DNA of 63,254 bases, the filler included, from Octopus bimaculoides (lineage: Eukaryota), in assembly GCF_001194135.2 (NCBI RefSeq). It is 6 parts of 6 records of this genome, joined end to end, with 100 filler letters (N's around TTAATTAATTAA, not from the genome) between each part and the next. Parts side by side here need not be neighbours in the genome. Positions count along the whole stretch, not along the records: positions 19,172 to 41,489 come from NC_068985.1; 5 more parts are not named here. One strand, written 5' to 3'. The number at the start of each line of letters is the position of its first letter. Position 1 is the stretch's first letter. A program made the translations under genes and the position numbers. The notes beneath the pieces are model-generated. The model saw nothing but the letters and a program-made list of their open reading frames with translations. It was not told the DNA's origin and searched no databases. Of this stretch, positions 24,567 to 37,268 are shown in pieces.

Positions 24567-25141
24567 CATACATATGTGTGTGTGTGTGTGGCGTGGTGTA
24601 TGTATGCATATACATAAACATGTGTGTGTGTGTGTGTGTGTGTGTGCATACGCATGTGTCAAGAACGTCATCGTGTAATTTGTCTTTCAGAAATCGTGAG
24701 TTAACGTGTACCTTTTCAAAAAGATACACAGCGCAGTTGATATTTTAAGGACGCTACAATGTGAAATGAGAAAGATTTGGCTGCTTATTTTAGCGAGTCA
24801 AGAAACCGTGTTGAGCTACCTCGTTGTTCCTTCTGTTAGCTGTTTGGTTTATGAAGTTCCTCACAGCAACATTCTGTTACGATAGTTCATCGTGTGCTTC
24901 TCCTATAATTTAATTCTACAGATATTTTGCTGCAAGCTATTACCTTCCTCTGTTATAAAATAAAAAATTCTACTGCCATTCCAGAACCTTTTAAGAGCAT
25001 CATTGCTTTTAGTTCGATCAAATTCCTGTAATGTCCTGAAATTTCGGCCCAGAGGACATTTATTTCGTTGAATCCACAAAAGTATTTTTCTCGGGGAAAA
25101 TTTCAAAATTGATTTAATTTCCTTTCTTGTGTTCTCTTCAG

Positions 25142-25194
25142 CCCAGATAATATATACTTTAGCAGTGAAATCCTGTTTTACTTCAGGAAAATGA
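25142..25194 (+). CDS. Candidate exon (PDNIYFSSEILFYFRKM)
   Basis: Strong acceptor TTTCCTTTCTTGTGTTCTCTTCAG, donor GTAAAT; open only in phase 2 to 1. Confidence 0.35.
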
Positions 25195-25444
25195 GTAAAT
25201 GTTAGTAGGTAAATCTACTTTAAGCCCAGTTGGAGCTTTTAGGGACTTGTTCTATTTTAATGGTTATAAGCGGACGAGTGAAATTTTTCTCAAGTACAAT
25301 TTTTTGCCTATGGAGGTTAACGTATTATGTGTGAGTGTGTGTGTTTGTGTGTGTGTGTGTGTGTGTACGTGTGTACACACGTTTATAGAGAAAGTGAAAT
25401 TAATGCATACAGGCATACATTCCTACGTATATATATATATATAT

Positions 25445-25570
25445 ATATAGTGAGAATTTACGAAAAAAAAAAAAGAAAAGACGAAGACGGGTGTGTAAAT
25501 AACAAACAGATGTATTAGTTTAACGCTCGGGAAGTAAGAAAGTCTTCTACGTTTCGAGCCTAAGCTCTTT
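25445..25570 (-). mobile_element. Short Penelope-derived repeat (GAGC-TTAG-GCTC-GAAACGTA family), 5'-truncated
   Basis: Homologous to 32386-32510 and 36878-37006. Confidence 0.75.
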
Positions 25571-25933
25571 ATGTGTACATCTAACGAGTTCATCTATGTG
25601 TGCATAGACAGACTCATGCATACAAACACTTACACATATTCATTAAAGAATTTCTATTCGGATATATTTCTCAAAATAAATTCCACCTTAGGATATACTG
25701 TATATTCCTAGTTTAACGCTGGTGATAAAATTATCTGCATGAGCGACAATAATTTTCAGCCACACGTTTAAATTCAACAATGTCTGGCAATATTAATATC
25801 TCATCGTACTAACTGCAAATTGAAATATTAAACATGGCCGAAAGATATTAACTGAATCTTTATTATGTAAATATCTTAACAATGCTATGTATTGCCGCCT
25901 ACAGGTATAAATTAACAATTGCTTCAATATATA

Positions 25934-25974
<41 letters not shown>

Positions 25975-26236
25975 CTGGATCTACTTCATACCACCCTTCA
26001 TTGTGTTTCTCTAAGCGAATTTAATATAGCGTGCAATAAATACTTAATTAGAAGCATTTATAGTTTTTTCCCCTTTATTTTCTGTTTTCCATACACCAAT
26101 ATCTTTAGCAAATAAATAAGTAAAGCCGTGTAAGTATTTCTCATTAATTCTTTATTGTCTACGATTCCGCAATTATGAGCCTTAATGAAACCGGTTGTAG
26201 TACCTACTAAATTACATGATACTTCAAATATACTTC

Positions 26237-26281
<45 letters not shown>

Positions 26282-26325
26282 NNNNNNNNNNNNNNNNNNN
26301 NNNNNNNNNNNNNNNNNNNNNNNNN

Positions 26326-26379
<54 letters not shown>

Positions 26380-26442
26380 GTTTTTTTTCTTCTTTCTTCA
26401 AATTTTCTTCCATTTCTCGCCGAGTGTTTTCCGTACACCTAG

Positions 26443-26493
26443 GGCAGAGAAACTCGTTGTATGCATTCCCAGTTTACACACGCAAATTTACAG
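26443..26493 (+). CDS. Candidate exon (51 bp; QRNSLYAFPVYTRKFT in phase 1)
   Basis: Pyrimidine-rich run upstream of ACACCTAG, donor CAG|GTAAAG; open in all three frames. Confidence 0.4.
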
Positions 26494-27035
26494 GTAAAGC
26501 ATGTATTTAAGAAAACAAAAAAAATTATTGAATGGATGTTGTTTTCACAGCGATAATGCTCTTCTCAGTACATGAGTCGTTCCAGTTAGCACGATTTTTG
26601 CACTTCCTGTAGGGATGGTAAGCCTGGTATCATTTTCAAATAAGTTTCAGTACCTTTTTTTTATCATTCCTAGAGATCCTACAATCACTGGTATGGNNNN
26701 NNNNNNGGTATGTACGGGGAAGTCCCAGAGAATCGATACATTTTCTCCCTCAGTCACAGCTTCAGGATGGTGTTTATACCATTTGTCAGCGGTTTTGATT
26801 TTATAATGCTGACATATTGTCCAGTGTAAATACTGGCCAACTCTGTCATGTCTTGCTTTATATTCTACAGGTGCTAAGACCCTGAGATTAGGTGGTCTAT
26901 AGTTTCAATCGCATCGTTACAAAATCGGCATTTTGGGTCAGCTCCATTTTTTATCACGTTTTTTATCACATTAATAAGCTTTGGTCTTGAGCAGCCAATA
27001 TGAAACTTTCATTCTCTGCTTTGCTTTGCTTTGCC

Positions 27036-27037
<2 letters not shown>

Positions 27038-27125
<88 letters not shown>

Positions 27126-27146
27126 TATCATTATTATTATTATTAA

Positions 27147-27209
<63 letters not shown>

Positions 27210-27212
27210 TAT
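27038..27212. repeat. (TTA)n microsatellite at the 3' end of the R4/Dong-type element
   Basis: About 175 bp of ATT repeats. Confidence 0.95.
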
Positions 27213-28490
27213 TTTCATATACACTCAACAGATTAGACTGTTGGAAAAGAAAAGGATCCTAACATCAAGCTACAATTAGTAACCTTAGATGCCAAGAACC
27301 CTCCTAAGTATCCCAGCTGTCCCTAATAACAATAGTTCCTGGATCTGTACTGAACTTGGTTTTATACCTATTTCCTCTTTCCACCTGTTCAGATCTTTAC
27401 GGATATTTGCTAATGCACCTATAACTACTAGGATACATTTTACCAGCGGTTTCCATAGACTCTCTAATTCAATAGATAAGTCCTGGTACTTTGCTATTTT
27501 TTCTATACTTCTCATATTAACTTTTTCATCAATTGGGACTGTAAAGTCCCACTTTCTGACCTCTTTATCTATTCTGTTCTCTTTATCTATTCTGTTCTCT
27601 TTATCTATTCTGTTCTCTTTATCTATTCTGTCCTCTTTATCTATTCTGTTCTCTTTATCTATACTGTTCTCTTTATCTATTCTGTCCTCTTTATCTATTC
27701 TGTCCTCTTTATCTATTCTGTCCTCTTTATCTATTCTGTTCTCTTTATCTATTCTGTCCTCTTTATCTATTCTGTTCTCTTTATCTATTACTATCTAATC
27801 AGTTCTTCTAGCTTCTATTATTCTGTCAGTCTGAATGTTAAAGTCCGACAACATCTTGTATTTCTTACTTTCTAGTACTTTACTAGATTCATGTTCATAC
27901 CATTTATCAGTTAGTTCAAATCCTAGTTTTCTATAAAGCTCTCATTGGATTGCTCTCCCTAGATTGTCATGTCTTTTCTTGTACTCTTTATGACCCAGCA
28001 TGCTACATTCATTTAATATATGAGTAACGATTTTCTCTTTTGATTTGCATAATCTACATTGGGAATCTACTTGATTTTCGTCTATCTTGGCTTTTATTCA
28101 ATTAACCCTTAATGCTTGATCTTATGCAGCTACGAAAACACTTTCTGTCTCCCTCTTTCATTTCTGCAACCATAATTATGTCTCACTACTACTTTTACTG
28201 CAACTATCTTTGGAAATCTACCATACAACTCCTTCTCCTGCCAGTCAGATAATTTCTGTTCTTTTTTCTGGTTTTAAACTGCGTTTGGGTTTTTGGTTTC
28301 CCTATGCCTTGCTGTGACTCTAGCAACTTTTAATAAACTTTCATCACTATTACCTACATAGGAGTCTATATCTACTCTAGCAAACTCCACGTAGTCTTCT
28401 ACTTATATTAACCCACTTCCGCCTTCCTTTCTAGCTCAGTACAGTTTAGCTACTCATTTTCTCTGGCCGGACATACACACGATCATCTTT
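27213..28490 (-). mobile_element. 5'-truncated R4/Dong-type (restriction-like endonuclease) non-LTR retrotransposon
   Basis: RKEGGSGLI, DQAL, CRLC zinc-knuckle remnant, KWYEHES..DFNIQTDRIIEARRTD*IVIDK, EKIAKYQDLSIELESLW..VVIGAL..LLGTAGILRRVL; ends in (TAA)n. Confidence 0.88.
27561..27789. repeat. 18-bp minisatellite, about 12.7 copies (CTCTTTATCTATTCTGTT/C)
   Basis: Counted from the SLSILF/S periodicity; lies inside the endonuclease coding region. Confidence 0.95.
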
Positions 28491-28668
28491 AGAAAATTTA
28501 AAACTTTAATCTACAACTTTCTGTGAAAAATTTACCCTTCTTTTTCCCTGACTACTAGAATATGGAAACATAGCTTTTTTTGTAACAACAAATTAAACGC
28601 ACGATAAAAATTAAGGAGAAAAGCACCCACCACTATATACAAACTGCACAATTACGAAAACTGTGAAC

Positions 28669-28721
<53 letters not shown>

Positions 28722-28907
28722 GCGATAAGCAGAAAGAAAGAAGGAGAGGAACTAGGAGAGAAAAAAATATGTGTAGTGGTCAGCGATCTATCATGGTGAA
28801 TGCCGGACAGAAAGGTCACACAGTAGAGTTAAGAAGAAGAGGAGATAACAAGATAGTAGTGTATATATATAGTAGAAACTGCGTGAAATCCTTGGTACAG
28901 TTTGGTA

Positions 28908-29271
28908 ATATTTGAAAAAAAAAAAAGAACGACTTCACTAGTAGTTCTAATCAGTTTAATTTATTATTTTAAAACATTTTTGATAATATTAATTTTACAC
29001 TTTAGTTCGTAGATCTAGTAAGTTCTTTGCTAACTTGGGTGGAAAAATTTCCTACATTCGTCGTCAAAGAGATCTGTTTGACAACGAATGCGAGAAACTT
29101 CTCCAGAAAAGTTAAATAGGAATTTAAAAAAGAAATATCTCTCCACCCAAGTTAACAAAAGCTTACTAGATCTACGAGCTAAAATGTAAAATTCATATTA
29201 TTAAAAAAAAATTAATTAATTAAATTGATTAGAACTACCGGTGAAGTCATTCTTTTTGCTTTTCCAAATAT
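28908..29271. mobile_element. Fold-back / MITE-like element with long inverted arms
   Basis: Arms of roughly 140 bp (AAGAACGACTTCACTAGTAGTTCTAATC...GTAGATCTAGTAAG...AACTTGGGTGGA) mirrored at the right end; internal hairpin at 29055-29090. Confidence 0.75.
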
Positions 29272-30016
29272 ATATATGTGGTGGTGGTGGTGGTGGGGGG
29301 GTGACCGTTGGCTTCGACGATGAACTCTGAGTGTTCAGCCACTAGCGCAACTAAACTATATGCTCGTTCACTTAGCGTTCAAGTGATTGTGTATTCAAAT
29401 GACAGGTGTACTCTCAACGTACTCATCAACGTGACACACTTTGTAAGAGCTGAACTTGTGAGTTATAGGTAAAAACATACAACGAGAATCCACACGGTTT
29501 CCATTTGGTCAGTTTTATAGTTCGGTGTTAATGTAAGTTTAGTTAGTTTCATTGACCAAGGCTAGAGTAGAAAAGAAAAAAAGTCATTTGCTGAAGGTAC
29601 CACGTAGCATTATCGAATCCATGCTCGGCTATACTACTTTTACATCGATCACATTACATTAAAATACTGCAATGTTGCCAGTTGTTACCAACTAGAGTAA
29701 CTGCTGCAGTAGCAGCAGCAACAACAACAACAACAAAACCTTGCCATATTGCTTACTTGATACGATATCAGGGAGGGTCTAATATGTCTATGAAACGAAC
29801 AGAATAAACATTTAGAATGCATCTATTTGAGTAGTGATGCTAAAGTGGACAGTGGTCAAGCTAAGGCATCGCCTTGAAGAATTTCAGTCAAATGAATCGA
29901 TCCCAGTATTTGTCTTTTAAGCCTGGAACTTGTTCTGTCGCTTAGTTACGTAAACATACCAACACCGGTTACGCGGCGATAGCACAGGAACAAATACAGA
30001 CACAAAGGTTCACATT

Positions 30017-30100
<84 letters not shown>

Positions 30101-30110
30101 NNNNNNNNNN

Positions 30111-30149
<39 letters not shown>

Positions 30150-30213
30150 CGTGCGTGTGTGCGTGTGCGTGCGTGTGTAGTGGGAATATTCAACAGACAG
30201 ATCACTACGCCCC

Positions 30214-30508
30214 CTGTCGCGATTCGTTAGCATGTTACCCACGTGATCAATGCAGTCTGACCAGTCACAACTTCGTGCGGAATAGGCTCGAGAGATGACC
30301 TCATCTTTTCGTGCGCTTCCTTCTGAGTCTAATCATCAGTATAAATTCGGCACACCTTGGCTACCCGACCGAGAGCTTGCAGAGAACGTTGAATGACGAG
30401 ACAGCAGAGGGACGGCGAACAGACGCTGACAAGCTGTTGATCTGAGCTGACAACAATCACAATAAACGGTCGACGACAGCAACACGGCCATCAGCTAACT
30501 TTATGACA
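30214..30508 (+). mobile_element. Possible solo LTR
   Basis: TGTC...GACA termini, TATAAA at 30340, AATAAA at 30461, CpG-rich; no matching TSD seen. Confidence 0.4.
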
Positions 30509-31072
30509 ACTGATACACACAAACACACCAGGAACAATATCATTCACAGTCTCTCAACATTTTGTCGTCCGTAGGAACGACAGTATCTGTTTGTGTTTGC
30601 GTGCACGAAAAGAACAACAGAGGGGAGTGTTCTTCGTATATACATACATACATAATGCATGCATGCATATATACACAGAAACATGCATATATACGCATAT
30701 ACAGGCATGCATGCATACATACTTACGTATATATATATATATTTATATAAATAAGGATAAGATCAATATTTAAAATATTGATTTTATCAAGTGGCCAGCA
30801 TGGGAATAAAAACCATCAAAGGAAACAATTATTTAAAATTATAATATAGGGTATCTAAGAGATACCGCCACGCTGAAAAATAGCAGTCAAAACCTGACTC
30901 TAAACCACAATAAATGTTCATATAGCACAAAGAGCGAAGACGACCAGTTATTTTTACTAGTTTATTTTGTCTTCGTCTTCGCGCTTTGTGCTATAGGAAC
31001 ATTTATTGTGGTTTAAAGTCNNNNNNNNNNNNNNNNNNNNNNNNNNNNNNNNNNNNNNNNNNNNNNNNNNNN

Positions 31073-31179
<107 letters not shown>

Positions 31180-31493
31180 TTTTCCCTTTAATTGTAGGGC
31201 GTAATATCAGGAATATTTAGCTGCTATTTCTACTATATCGTGTCTCTTTTATCTTGGCTTATTGTTGTCATTCAGCCCAAGTTCATTCTCACCGAGCACA
31301 CTTATGATTACAGACTATCTACTCGTGACCTTCACGACACCTTTTAAAAGGAATATTGTGTGGCATGAGGGCGAGTGTATGCTATTTCTGGCATGCAGAA
31401 ACACTGCGTAGATTTCAATACTGGTCGAGAAAAAGTCTACTTACGGAATGTCTTGTATTTGTTGTACTGATTTAGACTTCTGATGACACTCCT

Positions 31494-31526
<33 letters not shown>

Positions 31527-31661
31527 TGTTATCTTGCAGACGGTTTTTTTGTTTTTTTGTAGGTGAAACAATTTTTGGTCCTTTTATTTCAATGGAGGAC
31601 TTCGCTGTTGTTGCTATGCATGGAGATAATAGGGACGACAGTGGGAACATCGACAGCAACG

Positions 31662-31692
<31 letters not shown>

Positions 31693-32126
31693 GATGATGA
31701 TGATGATGATGATGACAACTATGGTAACAGTTATAATGATGAAGGCGAAGATGACGATGACGACGATGGGCAAGAAGGCAAGGATGACCCTGCTTCTGCT
31801 GGTGGCGATGGTGATGGTGATGGTGATGGTGATGATGAAAGCGGTCAGATTTATCAGTGATGCATGTTGTTCAGATGCTTTTTCGTGGTTCACTAATGCC
31901 TCTTAATCCTCAGTTAATCTTAATCCAAAAGCCAAATACAGATTAAACACACACACGCACACACATACACACACACACACACATACACTCATACACACAC
32001 ACACACACACTCACACACGCACACAGAGCAACAAAGGAACAACAAACAATCAAATTATATCTCACTTAAGAACATCGTTCACATAAACACCCATTTTACA
32101 TAAACTCACATACACGCGCACACACA

Positions 32127-32182
<56 letters not shown>

Positions 32183-32385
32183 GAACGATACTATCACAAA
32201 TACGCACATAGATATATATATACACTCAAATACAATCGATACACATATTTACACCATGCAGTCACCTATATAGTGACATGAACAAACATACAAATTTACA
32301 TAAATTTGCATAATCTCACAGTACATATTGACACTCATTAACAATAAGTAAAAGGGCGCATGGCCTAGTGGTTAGGGTGTTATTC

Positions 32386-32506
32386 CTTTCTGTTGAAGAG
32401 CGTAGGCTCGAAACGTAAAAGATTTTCTCACTTTACCGAGCGTCAAATTAATGCACTTGCTTGTTCATACATTTGTCTTCGTCTTTTATTTTTCTATAAA
32501 TTTCAA

Positions 32507-32510
<4 letters not shown>
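32386..32510 (+). ncRNA. Penelope-derived short repeat headed by a variant hammerhead motif (CUGUUGA core)
   Basis: CTTT-CTGTTGA-A-GAGC(gtag)GCTC-GAA-ACGT-A-AAAG at 32386-32421, followed by the family body and a (CA)n tail. Confidence 0.7.
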
Positions 32511-32575
<65 letters not shown>

Positions 32576-32589
32576 AACACGCACACACG

Positions 32590-32631
<42 letters not shown>

Positions 32632-32689
32632 CATACATATATATATGCGCGCGCACACACACACACACATATACCGGATATAGCAGATA

Positions 32690-32790
32690 TATTTAAGCTG
32701 GGCAAATTTCGTTATTTTTCCATAGATTGACAAAAACGACCGGCCTTAATCGATTTCCAAACTTATTGGGTTCTCATCAGAGCTGTCTAA
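32690..32790 (-). ncRNA. Hammerhead motif of the 18.96-kb family, degenerate
   Basis: Reverse strand CTGATGA-GAAC-ccaataa-GTTT-G-GAA-ATCGATT-A-AGG; downstream TCAATCTA..GAAA..AAATTTGC is shared with 19010-19045. Confidence 0.6.
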
Positions 32791-32867
32791 ATCAATTTGA
32801 ACAATCTCAGAGAAACAAGCAGCCAATCAATTTAGAGAGAGAGTGAGAAAGAAAGGCAGATAGATAG

Positions 32868-32902
<35 letters not shown>

Positions 32903-33137
32903 AATATATATATAGATATAGATGTATACACATAGATAGATTACCTATAGATTATTTCTGATGTATTTAGTTGATAATTCAATATGATCATTTAATAATG
33001 ATAATGAGAATAATTGATAATGAGAATAATTGATAATGATAATTGTGATTAATTAATATAATCTAATATGAACCTTACTTGTAAAAATAGAAATTAATAA
33101 GTGGCGAGTCGATTAAACTTTTTAAAATGCTGCATAG

Positions 33138-33188
<51 letters not shown>

Positions 33189-34159
33189 AAAAAATGTACT
33201 CATATGAGAGTTACATATACATACATTCATACATACATACACATATGAACACATCTATGCACACACACATAGACATGTATTCATAATACATGCATACACA
33301 TATAATTCATATAGCCATCCATCCATCCATCCATCCATCCATCCATCCATATATGGCGGCTGTTCACTGTTGACTGAGGAAGACCACCACTGACCATTTC
33401 CAATGCAAAATGCCAGCGATGACAATGCATGAAGTTACTCCACCTGCGGTCGCCTACGTCTGCGTTTCGCGCCCGCGGTTTTCCTGCTCGCTGGGGCGCC
33501 CACCTTCTTGGCGAGGCATCGGAAAGGTCGCCATACCGGCAATTGCAAAACCAAAAATTTTTGCTCCAATAAGGCTTGTACAAACATCTGACAGACATTC
33601 TCTCCACACTAGTGACATGATCTAGGTCAAAACCAGAGTAATATATCCAGTGGTAACACGGGTCGCAGACGCCGGAATGTAGGAGTGCAAATATCTCAAG
33701 TGCAAAAAAATTACTCCCAAAATGTTTAATGCCATTCCCTGCACATCTGGTTTCATATTACTTTCTTCTAAGGACATGCTGTAACAAAAGCTAATGGGTG
33801 CCTCAATCCCAGTGGCCTCCAAGCATGCTGGACACCAACGCGGAACTTCTGACGACCGGTACATGCATACGTCATACACTCAGGCAGAAGCCCTGCTTCA
33901 GCTGTTTAGTTGGCATGGTAACTTTAACTTGCATCACCACTCGCTGAGAACATTCTCATCTCTTTGAGTTGCGGCTCTGCTTTTATTTATGTTTACATTA
34001 TCACTGACGAAGAAGTTGTCTCCGGTTCCCTAACTGCTGTTCTACTGGTCTTTCTAAGTCATGTACCAACCAGTTACAACCAGTTACGACTGGATCGAGC
34101 AAGCGGTATACGTCGGAGAGGTGAGGAAGATATATGTGTGTGTGTGTGTGTGTGTGTGC

Positions 34160-34219
<60 letters not shown>

Positions 34220-34341
34220 CTGTCTGTCTGTCTGTATGTATGTCTGTCTATTTACATCTGCATCTAACGCACGAAATTATCGACCCTTGACTCACTCTGT
34301 AGCTTTTTTCTAAATATTAATAATAATAATAATAATGATAA

Positions 34342-34423
<82 letters not shown>

Positions 34424-34948
34424 GAATATATATATACATAAATACACACACATATACACAGAGATAGATAGATAGATAGATAAATAGTGAGAGAGAGGGG
34501 GGAAAGAGATAGATAGAGATAGAAATACATAGACATACACGTTCATACATTACTGGTTGTTATTGTGGGTATGAATAATAAACAATGTTCCACACACACA
34601 CACACACACACGCATATATACTGGGCAAAATCCTCAGTTTTAACGAGTTAACTTTGCAACGACAACGGAACACGGAGAGATAAAAGGCACAACCTAGACT
34701 CCAGCCAATATAGAATCTAATAACAATAACAGAACAGATAAATACGTGACATCTCTGACATCTCTTTATATGAATGATATTAATAAATTCTCTTTATATT
34801 AATGTCCAATATGATTGTCCCGTGATGTATAAAATTTACCTCAATAAAACATGAAAAAGAAGCTTTCACCTTATGAACTACGTAGCAGTAAATATACTTT
34901 ATTAAATAATATTCATTCCAATAAGGTCTCCGACAATAAATAGTAAGA

Positions 34949-34989
<41 letters not shown>

Positions 34990-35059
34990 GTAACCATGGA
35001 ATGTTGGTCCCACATGTGGAATGGAGCTGTTGCTGGACATACAGATGCATCATTTAATG

Positions 35060-35962
35060 CAGTGGTTGGTTCTCAATCGGGGTGGATATGGCCCGTGAGG
35101 GCCCACGCAAGATTTGTGGGAGTCCAGCCAACAAAATAATAGGCTGTATGGTAAGAAGCTTGCTTACCAACCGCATGGTTCCAGGTTCAGTCCCACTGCG
35201 TGGCACTTTGGGCAACTGTCTTCTACTATAGTCTCGGGTCAAGCAATGCTTTGCGAGTGGATTTGGTAGACAGACACTCAAAGAAGCCCGGCTAGCCGTC
35301 CACACTTTTTTTCTGAAAAATGGGGGGTAGTTTATCCTGTTCAGGCTATATTATTCGCATTATCTTGCGTTTGAGAATTTAAAATCACTTCTTTAACTTT
35401 CTTAGAAATCTCAACGCTTCTAAAAGCAAACTTCGTTTGTTTGTTTACGTTTATCTTTACGTTTATCGTAATATGTTTGTGTATCTGTTATTGTCCCCGC
35501 AACATCGCTTGGCAACCGATGCTGGTGTGTTTACGTCCCCGTAACTTAGCGGTTCGATAAAAGAAACCGATAGAATAAGTACTAAGCTTACAAAGAATAA
35601 ATTCTGGGGACAATTTCTTCGACTAAATGCGGTGCCCCTGCGTGGCTGCAGTCAAATGACTGAAACAAATAGAAGAATAAGAGAACAAGTGTATTAGAGT
35701 AACACAATGATATTTTAAGGGCCCCTGAATAAATGTTGCTTTAGGTGTATTGTATTGGGATGCATTACAAGAAACTGCTAGGTTTCTCCCAAGAACATTT
35801 TACATACTTCAACCAAGTTAATGTCTGGAAAAGAAAATAGAAGCTTTGAAAGACATGTCTATACGGCTACTTTTCAAACATTGAATAGCTATGGGGGCCC
35901 TCCAGAATAAAACAATAATCAAAGGGGTCCATAGATGAAAAGAAAAGGGTCGAGGACCCATG
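35060..35962 (+). mobile_element. hAT (Charlie-like) non-autonomous element split by a family B SINE (35146-35685)
   Basis: Left end CAGTGG(TTGG)TTCTCAATC, right end GGTCGAGGACCCATG; GGGGTCCAT motifs; a related 3' end at about 59620-59690. Confidence 0.55.
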
Positions 35963-36759
35963 TCTTAGTGTATAAAACGAAGAATATGGCAGACGGAAAG
36001 TGAAAGAAGCCAAACATATCTTATAGAATATATATATATATATATATATANNNNNNNNNNNNNNNNNNNNNNNNNNNNNNNNNNNNNNNNNNNNNNNNNN
36101 NNNNNNNNNNNNNNNNNNNNNNNNNNNNNNNNNNNNNNNNNNNNNNNNNNNNNNNNNNNNNNNNNNNNNNNNNNNNNNNNNNNNNNNNNNNNNNNNNNNN
36201 NNNNNNNNNNNNNNNNNNNNNNNNNNNGTGTGTGTGTGTGTGTGTGAACATATATGTGAGTGTGATTACGTCGTGTCTTTACGTCTCCGTTATTTAGCGT
36301 TTCGGCAAAAGAAGCTGATAGACGAAGTACCAGGTTTAAAAATAATAAGTACGTGGGTCAATTTGTTCGGTTAAAATTCTTCAAGGCAATGCCCCAGCAT
36401 GGCTGCAGTCTAATGACTAAAACAAGTAAAAAAATAAAAGATATACATGCATACATACTTGTATACATATGTATATACAAACATACATATATCCAGGGAG
36501 ATTTTGATTGATATCCAAACGTCTGTGTACGTATCCCTCTTTCTTTGTGTTCGTGAGAACATGTCTATCGATGTAGAGAAATGTTTCTATCGCAAATACG
36601 GATGGGAAATTTTGTGTTTCTATTTGTTAAAATATTTCTATTGCGCTTTATTAGACCTCACCTTATCAAGATGGCCTACCCGAACACAATATCACCATTA
36701 AATTCTCCCACACTACTTCCCCTCCTCTCTCTTTCTTTCTTTGTTTCTTTCTTCCTGCC

Positions 36760-36813
<54 letters not shown>

Positions 36814-36877
36814 ATAGTCGCCAAGATTGACCGCTAACTCGAAAAGATTTTTATTTATTCTTTGTTTGCTCGTGTTC

Positions 36878-37006
36878 CTTTTTGTTGAAGAGCGTAGGCT
36901 TGAAACGTAAAAGACTTTCCCACCTTCCCGAGCGTCAAAATAATACACCTGCTTATTGTTTATACACCTGCCTTCGTCTATTGTTTTTCTGTAAATTTCA
37001 ACTATA
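36878..37006 (+). ncRNA. Second copy of the CUGUUGA-family repeat
   Basis: CTTT-TTGTTGA-A-GAGC(gtag)GCTT-GAA-ACGT-A-AAAG plus the family body. Confidence 0.65.
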
Positions 37007-37268
37007 NNNNNNNNNNNNNNNNNNNNNNNNNNNNNNNNNNNNNNNNNNNNNNNNNNNNNNNNNNNNNNNNNNNNNNNNNNNNNNNNNNNNNNNNNNNNNN
37101 NNNNNNNNNNNNNNNNNNNNNNNNNNNNNNNNNNNNNNNNNNNNNNNNNNNNNNNNNNNNNNNNNNNNNNNNNNNNNNNNNNNNNNNNNNNNNNNNNNNN
37201 NNNNNNNNNNNNNNNNNNNNNNNNNNNNNNNNNNNNNNNNNNNNNNNNNNNNNNNNNNNNNNNNNNNN

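Noticed and set aside
27561-27789. Regular repeat array as a possible CRISPR
   Set aside because: Contiguous 18-bp units without spacers, in eukaryotic retrotransposon DNA.
30290-30345. Minus-strand CTGATGA...GAAA with a downstream hairpin
   Set aside because: No stem II pairing and no A15.1-U16.1 pair; likely chance.
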